Translations under genes and position numbers: made by a program
In this document: positions 58,012 to 64,000 of the stretch, piece after piece
How positions within the stretch are numbered: the first letter of the stretch is position 1
How the letters are laid out: each line of letters begins with the position of its first letter
Notes under the pieces: generated by a model
Told to the model about the DNA's origin: nothing
What the model saw: the letters and a program-made list of their open reading frames with translations, nothing else
Databases searched by the model: none
Assembly (NCBI RefSeq): GCF_004353825.1
Contig: NZ_SMNA01000011.1
Location: forward strand, 62,001 to 126,000
Length of the DNA: 64,000 nt
From: Occultella glacieicola
GTDB lineage: Bacteria; Actinomycetota; Actinomycetes; Actinomycetales; Beutenbergiaceae
Direction: 5' to 3'

Positions 58012-58658
58012 AGCGGAAGCAGTACGGCTCGGCTGGGCGAGGCCTCTGCCTCGGCCAGGGGCAGAGGCAGGCAGATGAGCAGGTATTCCCCGGGGTCGAC
58101 GTGGTGCAGCACGAGGCCCTCCACAACGGTGACGTCGGCGCCCAGCAACGTGTGGTGTACCGCGCGATCCGTTGAGCCGAAAGGTTCGATGGAAGGTGCG
58201 TCGATCCCGATCAGGGCGACGCCGGCGGTGACCAGCCGCTCGGCCGCCGCTCCGGAGAGCGCGCGGAAGTGAGGGTCGAACGACTCGCCTGCGCGTGCTG
58301 GCGCCGGGGTTCGCAGGAGCAGTCGCTCCTGCGGCTGCGGCTGCAGGGCGTCGATCTCGGCGGCCTCGATTGTGCCGGTCGGCGCGGCGACCTCGGCCAC
58401 CCGGCAGCGGCCGATCAGCGGTGCCAGTGACTGCCCGCCAATCCGGGCGCCTCCGGCGAGGTGGTGGTAGGGGGCGTCGACGTGGGTGCCGGTGTGGCTG
58501 TTGAGCAACCAGCTGCTGTGAGCGGTCCGTTCGCCGGGTCGATGCCTGGAGTGCCAGCGCACCTCCGGCGGGAAACGATCCTCCCACGATGCCATTCCCG
58601 GCAGGATCGGTGCGGAGATGTCGATGATCGGCCCGAGCGACGTCGAGAGTGCACTCAT
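58008..58658 (-). CDS. Cyclase-family (kynurenine formamidase-like) metallohydrolase
   Basis: Motifs HTGTHVDAPYH, IGIDAPS and HHTLL..VVEGL. Confidence 0.88.
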   Translation of the reverse strand: MSALSTSLGPIIDISAPILPGMASWEDRFPPEVRWHSRHRPGERTAHSSWLLNSHTGTHVDAPYHHLAGGARIGGQSLAPLIGRCRVAEVAAPTGTIEAAEIDALQPQPQERLLLRTPAPARAGESFDPHFRALSGAAAERLVTAGVALIGIDAPSIEPFGSTDRAVHHTLLGADVTVVEGLVLHHVDPGEYLLICLPLPLAEAEASPSRAVLLPL

Positions 58659-59404
58659 CGCGCCAGCACCCCCCCGTCGACGGCGATCGCGTCGCCCGTC
58701 ATGAAGGAGGCGTCCGGGCCGCACAGCCAGGTAGCGAGTCGGGCGACCTCGTCGGGGTCGCCGAGCCGCCGCAGCGCCGCGTTGTCCAGATACGCCTGTT
58801 CCTTGACCGGCTCTTTGGTGATGACGCGCTCCACCATCGGTGTCCGAATGTGGCCAGGCAGGATCGCGTTGACCCGAATGCCGTGCTCGGCCTCTTCCAG
58901 CGCGGCGCAACGGGTGAGGCCGATGATCCCGTGCTTGGCAGCTACATAGGCGGCGGCACCTCGGACGCCGCGCACTCCGACGACCGATGAGGTATTGACA
59001 ATCGCGCCGCCGCCCGCGCGCCGCAGCAGCGGGATCTCGTGCTTCATCGACAGCCAGATGCCCTTGAGGTCGATGTCGATCGTCCGGTCCCAGTTCTCCT
59101 CGGTGCAGTCTGCGATAATCGCGCGCTGCTGCTCCACGCCGGCGCAGTTGACGGCGTGATCGAGCCGGCCCCAACGCTCTTCGATGACGGCGGCCAGGGC
59201 GCGCATGTCGTCTTCGCGTTGCACGGCACAGGGCACGAACAGCGCAGTCCCACCCGCCGATTCGATCTCGGCGGCGGTGCGAGCACCACCGTCGGCATCG
59301 ACGTCAGCGATCACCACCGCGGCGTCCCCGGCGGCGAAACGCAGTGCGACAGCCCGGCCGATACCGGACCCACCGCCCGTAACTAAAGCGACTCGTTGAC
59401 TCAT
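58655..59404 (-). CDS. SDR-family oxidoreductase
   Basis: Motifs TGGGSGIG, NCAG, YVAAKHG and IRVNAILPG. Confidence 0.93.
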   Translation of the reverse strand: MSQRVALVTGGGSGIGRAVALRFAAGDAAVVIADVDADGGARTAAEIESAGGTALFVPCAVQREDDMRALAAVIEERWGRLDHAVNCAGVEQQRAIIADCTEENWDRTIDIDLKGIWLSMKHEIPLLRRAGGGAIVNTSSVVGVRGVRGAAAYVAAKHGIIGLTRCAALEEAEHGIRVNAILPGHIRTPMVERVITKEPVKEQAYLDNAALRRLGDPDEVARLATWLCGPDASFMTGDAIAVDGGVLAR

Positions 59405-59413
59405 GTGGAGTAC

Positions 59414-59425
59414 TGTAGCGCTACA
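59414..59425. promoter_or_regulatory. LacI-type operator 1
   Basis: Perfect palindrome TGTAGCGCTACA between the SDR and lacI genes. Confidence 0.82.
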
Positions 59426-59473
59426 AGCGACCTGTGAAGCGCAGATCCGAGAATCGTGGGGTAAAACTGTCCG

Positions 59474-60499
59474 ATGACCACGCTGCAAGACGTAGCGGCG
59501 CACGCCGGAGTCTCACCGATGACAGTTTCCAACGTGGTCAACGGTCGCCCCGGGGTCGCTGAGTCCACGAGGCTGCTGGTTGACGCTTCCATTCGGCACC
59601 TCGGGTACAAGCCGAACCTCTCCGCGCGACGCCTGGCCAAGGGCCGCACCGGCATGCTGACTCTCAGCATCCCCGAGGTGGAGATCCCGTATTTCGCGGA
59701 GATCTCCAGTGCGATGCTGCGGGCCGCTCTTGAGCGCTCGATGGACATCCTCATCAACCAGAGCGACTGGGACCGCGATCGCGAGCTGGATCTGATCCAC
59801 GGCTCGATGAGCCTGCTGACCGATGGAATCCTGCTCTACCCCTCGACCCTGACGCAATCCGATCTGAACGGTGCCCGTCCTGGCGTCCCGCTGGTGCTGT
59901 TCGGGGGTTCGGAGGTGTTCACCAACGTCGATCATGTGGTGATCGACAACGTCGCGGCGGCTCAGGAGGCCACCGAGCACCTGGTCTCGCTCGGGCATCG
60001 GCGGATAGCCTTGATCGGTCCCCACCTGGAGCCGAATAGCCGCAAGCCGAACGGGCGTCTCGCGGGTTACGCCCGGGCACTAGAGGTAGCACGGATCAAG
60101 CGCAGCCAGGAGCTACTGGTCAACGTGCCCACCTATCACCGGGTCGACGGCTACCGCGCGATGCAGCAACTGTTCGAACTCCCGCAGCCGCCCACCGCGG
60201 TGTTCTGTCTCAGCGACCTGCTGGCGGTTGGCGCGCTGCACGCGGCCTACGACCGCGGCGTCGCGGTTCCCGGGGAGCTATCGATCATGGGGTTCGACGA
60301 CGTCGAGGAGTCGCGGTACTCGAACCCGGCGCTCACCACGATCAAACCGGACAAGCTTGCGATCGCCAGGCACGCGCTCGACCTCATCTCCGGGCCAGGC
60401 GAGGGTTCCGAACAGAACGGGCCCCGCACCGTGATCACCAACCACGAGTTGGTTATCCGGGCAAGCACCGCGGCGCCGGGCCGCACTGCCGCCCACTGA
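59474..60499 (+). CDS. LacI-family transcriptional regulator
   Basis: Motifs TLQDVAAHAGVSPMTVSNVVN, GYKPN, GFDD and LTTI. Confidence 0.95.
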   Translation: MTTLQDVAAHAGVSPMTVSNVVNGRPGVAESTRLLVDASIRHLGYKPNLSARRLAKGRTGMLTLSIPEVEIPYFAEISSAMLRAALERSMDILINQSDWDRDRELDLIHGSMSLLTDGILLYPSTLTQSDLNGARPGVPLVLFGGSEVFTNVDHVVIDNVAAAQEATEHLVSLGHRRIALIGPHLEPNSRKPNGRLAGYARALEVARIKRSQELLVNVPTYHRVDGYRAMQQLFELPQPPTAVFCLSDLLAVGALHAAYDRGVAVPGELSIMGFDDVEESRYSNPALTTIKPDKLAIARHALDLISGPGEGSEQNGPRTVITNHELVIRASTAAPGRTAAH

Positions 60500-60574
60500 C
60501 CAGATTAGTCATCGCCGCGACAGTTGCGGACCGTGCATACGTACCTCCGACCGTCCTACTTGCGGGAGGGTGTA

Positions 60575-60586
60575 TGTAGCGCTACA
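60575..60586. promoter_or_regulatory. LacI-type operator 2
   Basis: Identical TGTAGCGCTACA upstream of the third lyase. Confidence 0.82.
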
Positions 60587-60607
60587 GTCGCGGTCGGAGG
60601 TTCCACC

Positions 60608-63600
60608 GTGCAACGTCGCCACTTCATGTTCCTTGCCACTGCCGCAGCCGCCGGCGCTCTCAGCCACGTGTCCCTGGAGGCACGACTCGCCGCAGCAGCG
60701 CCGCGGACGATCCGCCCCGAGCACCCCAGGCTGCTGCTCACCGACCTCGATCGGATCCGCAACGTCGCGGTCGGCGACCCGGTCGCCGAGGCGTGGTGTG
60801 CGGAGATCGTCGCCGTCGCCGAGGGGCTGACCGGCCAGCCGGTCTCGGCGTACACGCTCTCGGGCGGCCGACTGCTCGCCGTCAGTCGCGAAGTACTGCA
60901 CCGGGTCTACTCCTTGGCGACCGCCTGGATCCTCACGGACGACCCGCGCTACGCGACGCGGCTGTGGCAGGAGCTCGACGCGGTGTGCGCCTTTCCTGAC
61001 TGGCATCCGTCACACTTCCTCGACACCGCCGAGATGACGCACGCGGTCGCCATCGGCTACGACTGGCTGTACGGCCACTGGACCAGCGCCCAGCGCGGTG
61101 TCTTGGAGACAGCGATCATCGCCCACGGGCTGAGCGCCGCGCTCCCCGCCTATGCGGGATCGCAGCCGTGGCCTGCGTGGCCGAACAACTGGAACATCGT
61201 CTGCAATGGCGGCATGGTCGCGGGTGCTCTCGCTGTCGCCGACGTCGACACCGATCTCGCCGAGGACATCTTGGCCAAGGCGCTCGCCTCGTTGCCGCTC
61301 GCCCTGGAGGCCTACGGTCCCGACGGCGGCTACCCCGAGGGCCCGGCCTACTGGGAGTACGCCTTCAAGTATCTCGTGCTGCTCGTCGCGAGTCTGGAGA
61401 GCGCCACCGGGGACGACGAGGGGATCGCCGACCTGCCTGGCGTCGCGGACACCGGTGACTTTCCCCTGCACCTGACGGGCCCAACTGGCCTGATCTTCAA
61501 CTACTACGATGGCGCGGACACGCCGGTGCATGCGCCTGAACTGCTCTGGCTGGCCCAGCGATTCGGGCGGGACGACGTCGGGTGGATCGGGCTGCGTGGC
61601 GTAGAGGAGCGCAAGTCCGGTTGGCCGAAGTTGGCGAGCGGCCTGATCTGGTATGACCCCGAGCTGGTGCAGGGTCCGGTCGAGGCCGACACGGCTCTGG
61701 ATGCCCGATTCGACCGCTGTTGCGTGGTGACCTTCCGGAGCGGATGGGAGAGCGAGGAGGCGCTCTACCTCGGCGCCAAGGGGGGCGACAATAGCGAGCG
61801 GACGCTGGAGATATCTGGCCACTCGGACATGGACATCGGGACGTTCGTGCTCGATGCGCTCGGGCAGCGCTGGTTCACCGAGCTCGGCAGTGACGACTAC
61901 GGCCTGCCCAGCTATTTCCGGAGCCTGCGCTGGAGCTACTACCGCAAGCGCCCCGAGGGTCAGAACACCCTGGTCATCGGGCCGGGTGACATCGACTCAC
62001 CCGGGCAGGCGCTGCAAGCGGTCGGTACCGTCGTCGCTCGCGCGGTCGGACCCGAGGAGGCGTGGGCCGTCATGGACGGGACTGACGCCCGGGACGGCAT
62101 CGTGTCCTGGCGGCGTGGCTGGCGCCTGTTCGACCACCGTCGCCGGGTCCTGGTCCAGGACGAGTTCGAGCTGGACGAGCCCCAGGACGTCTGGTGGTTC
62201 GCCCACACCGCCGCCGAGGTCGAGATCGCAGCGGATGGTCGCAGCGCGACCCTGACGTCCAGGGGTGAGAGCTTGCTGGCGCGAATTACGACGCCCGGTG
62301 CGGTGTTCCTCGCACTTGCTGCCCGGCCGCTGTGGACCTCGCCGGACCCCGCGGGACAGTCGCAGAACCGAAGCATCTCCAAGCTCGCGATCCGGCTTGT
62401 CGGGGTACAGCAGGGCAGCATCGCCGTGGAGTTCGAGCCGCGCGTGCCCGGCGCTCCGGCGGCAGCGCCGGAGCCGGTGGTGCCACTCGCGGACTGGGTC
62501 GCGCCGGCGAGCGAGGTCGCCATGCTGACGTCGCTTGAGAACGATGACACGCCGATCCCCGCGTTCGCACCCGGCAACTTCAGCTACCGCGTGGGCGAGC
62601 TCGCGAACCTGACCGCTACCGCGGAGTCTGGGGCGAGCGCCACTGTCACCGACGGTGACGCGTCCACCCCGGCCACCGTGGTTGTGACTAAACCTGGCCA
62701 TCGCCCCGGTCGCTACCTCATCTGGCAGCACAACCCGTGGGGTCTGGGCAACTTCGCCCGTCCGATCATCGCCAGCGACGACGACGGCAACGTCCCGGAG
62801 AACACGATGGACGGCCAGACCGGTACCCGCTGGTCCGCGTTCGGCGACGGGCAGTGGATCGCCTTCGACTTGGGCTCGGATGGGCCGATCGGGAGCATCC
62901 GGATTGCCTGGCAGAGCGGCGAGGCCCGGGTCGCGTCCTTCGCGATCGAGGTCGCCGGCGAGGACGACCTGAGCTGGACGCCCGTCTGGCAGGGGCAAAG
63001 CAGCGGCACTACCGCGGGGCTAGAGACGACCACCTTCGGTTCCGTGACCGCGCGCTACATCCGGATCGTGTGCTTCGGCACCTCGACCGGTCAGTGGAAC
63101 TCCATCACCGAGGTCGAGATCCCGGGTCGCGAGGTCGAGACCAGCTGGCTGGAGCGGGTGGAGCGCCTGGAGCTCGCCGTCGGCGATGTTCCGGTCGATG
63201 GCAGCGCGGCCAGTACTCTCGCCGGTATCGCGCGGAGTGGCGCTCAGATCGACGTCGACGACTGGACGGTCGAGTACCTCTCGCTCGATGAGTCGGTGGC
63301 CACCGTTGACCAGAGCGGCGTGATCTCTGGGGAGTCAATCGGTGCGGCCACCGTGGTCGCGATCGCGACGTCGCCTGGTCGGCGCCTGCTTCACACGGCT
63401 TGCACCGTCGCGGTCGGGGATCCGGACCGTCCAAGGTTCGCCTCTATCGGGGACACGTACGTGCGCGCCGGGCAGTACGCCGATACGAACTACGGGACAT
63501 TCGGGGTGCTCCGGGTGAAGGCGACCCTCGACCCGGACGACGACCTCCACCGACGTGCGTTCCTGGAGTTCGCGCCGCAGCCGCAGTCGCGTCCGATCGC

Positions 63601-63934
63601 GCAGGTGCTGCTGCACCTGTCCGCGAGGGTGGCCGATCCAGCCGGATCGAGCATCGACCTGGTGGTCCGTGCGGCCGCTGGTGCGTTCGACGAAGCGGCC
63701 ACGACCTGGAACGACCAACCTGCGCTCGGCGCGGCGCTCGGCGTCGTACCCGTCGACAGCTCCGTCGCGTGGCGCACGGTCGACCTCACCGACGAACTGG
63801 CGGAGCAGATTGGCGCCGGCGAGGCCGTGCTGCTTGCGCTCGTCCAGGAACCGGCCAGCGGTACCGGGCTCGCCACCGAGGTCTCAGGTCGACGCTCCAC
63901 GACGATCCCCTACCTGGAGGTCGTGCTCGCATGA
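60608..63934 (+). CDS. Tat-secreted multidomain heparinase II/III-like lyase (discoidin, Ig-like and DNRLRE/CBM96-like domains)
   Basis: QRRHFM Tat motif; HFLDTAEM, NNWNIVCN and YPEGPAYW; discoidin segment TMDG..TRWSA; C-terminal DTYVRAG..NYG..TWNDQP. Confidence 0.82.
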   Translation: MQRRHFMFLATAAAAGALSHVSLEARLAAAAPRTIRPEHPRLLLTDLDRIRNVAVGDPVAEAWCAEIVAVAEGLTGQPVSAYTLSGGRLLAVSREVLHRVYSLATAWILTDDPRYATRLWQELDAVCAFPDWHPSHFLDTAEMTHAVAIGYDWLYGHWTSAQRGVLETAIIAHGLSAALPAYAGSQPWPAWPNNWNIVCNGGMVAGALAVADVDTDLAEDILAKALASLPLALEAYGPDGGYPEGPAYWEYAFKYLVLLVASLESATGDDEGIADLPGVADTGDFPLHLTGPTGLIFNYYDGADTPVHAPELLWLAQRFGRDDVGWIGLRGVEERKSGWPKLASGLIWYDPELVQGPVEADTALDARFDRCCVVTFRSGWESEEALYLGAKGGDNSERTLEISGHSDMDIGTFVLDALGQRWFTELGSDDYGLPSYFRSLRWSYYRKRPEGQNTLVIGPGDIDSPGQALQAVGTVVARAVGPEEAWAVMDGTDARDGIVSWRRGWRLFDHRRRVLVQDEFELDEPQDVWWFAHTAAEVEIAADGRSATLTSRGESLLARITTPGAVFLALAARPLWTSPDPAGQSQNRSISKLAIRLVGVQQGSIAVEFEPRVPGAPAAAPEPVVPLADWVAPASEVAMLTSLENDDTPIPAFAPGNFSYRVGELANLTATAESGASATVTDGDASTPATVVVTKPGHRPGRYLIWQHNPWGLGNFARPIIASDDDGNVPENTMDGQTGTRWSAFGDGQWIAFDLGSDGPIGSIRIAWQSGEARVASFAIEVAGEDDLSWTPVWQGQSSGTTAGLETTTFGSVTARYIRIVCFGTSTGQWNSITEVEIPGREVETSWLERVERLELAVGDVPVDGSAASTLAGIARSGAQIDVDDWTVEYLSLDESVATVDQSGVISGESIGAATVVAIATSPGRRLLHTACTVAVGDPDRPRFASIGDTYVRAGQYADTNYGTFGVLRVKATLDPDDDLHRRAFLEFAPQPQSRPIAQVLLHLSARVADPAGSSIDLVVRAAAGAFDEAATTWNDQPALGAALGVVPVDSSVAWRTVDLTDELAEQIGAGEAVLLALVQEPASGTGLATEVSGRRSTTIPYLEVVLA

Positions 63935-64000
63935 GCCCGACCGGCTCCGAGAGCACCGATTCCAACACATCCATCCCCCGCGACGACCCGAAGGGCCCCA
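63931..64000 (+). CDS. Start of the next gene, truncated by the window end
   Basis: ATGA overlap with the preceding stop; frame open to the window end. Confidence 0.5.
   Translation, partial: MSPTGSESTDSNTSIPRDDPKGP

Larger units (their letters stand above)
38124..64000. mobile_element. Genomic island extending beyond the window
   Basis: att-like tRNA fragment, visible drop in GC/GC3, phage-gene and IS remnants, catabolic cargo. Confidence 0.72.

Overview
High-GC actinobacterial chromosome segment (Micrococcales-like; taxonomy is inference) in two parts. Positions 1-38045 are very GC-rich backbone and accessory genes: a nitrate/sulfonate-type ABC transporter, LigD, MFS/LysR, a FrnE-like DsbA, GTP-PEPCK with a divergent RamB-like regulator, an M20 peptidase, arginine deiminase, a complete mevalonate pathway cluster, TetR modules and a two-component system. 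At 38124-38140 a duplicated tRNA-Ala 3' end, followed by a hairpin, marks the edge of a visibly less GC-rich genomic island that runs past the window end. The island holds phage and ISL3 remnants plus a carbohydrate-catabolism locus: three heparinase II/III-like lyases, a sugar ABC transporter, two FAD oxidoreductases, a Zn-dehydrogenase, a GH51 hydrolase, an SDR/cyclase/unknown-protein operon and a LacI. The strongest candidate for a new system is an HTH-citrate-synthase fusion that has lost its catalytic His and Asp. It occurs together with a 24-bp box (GTTGATT-N6-TCAATCTTGAC) found upstream of three island transcription units, one being its own divergent promoter, which suggests a pseudoenzyme-sensor regulon. 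All product calls come from motif recognition only; no searches were run.
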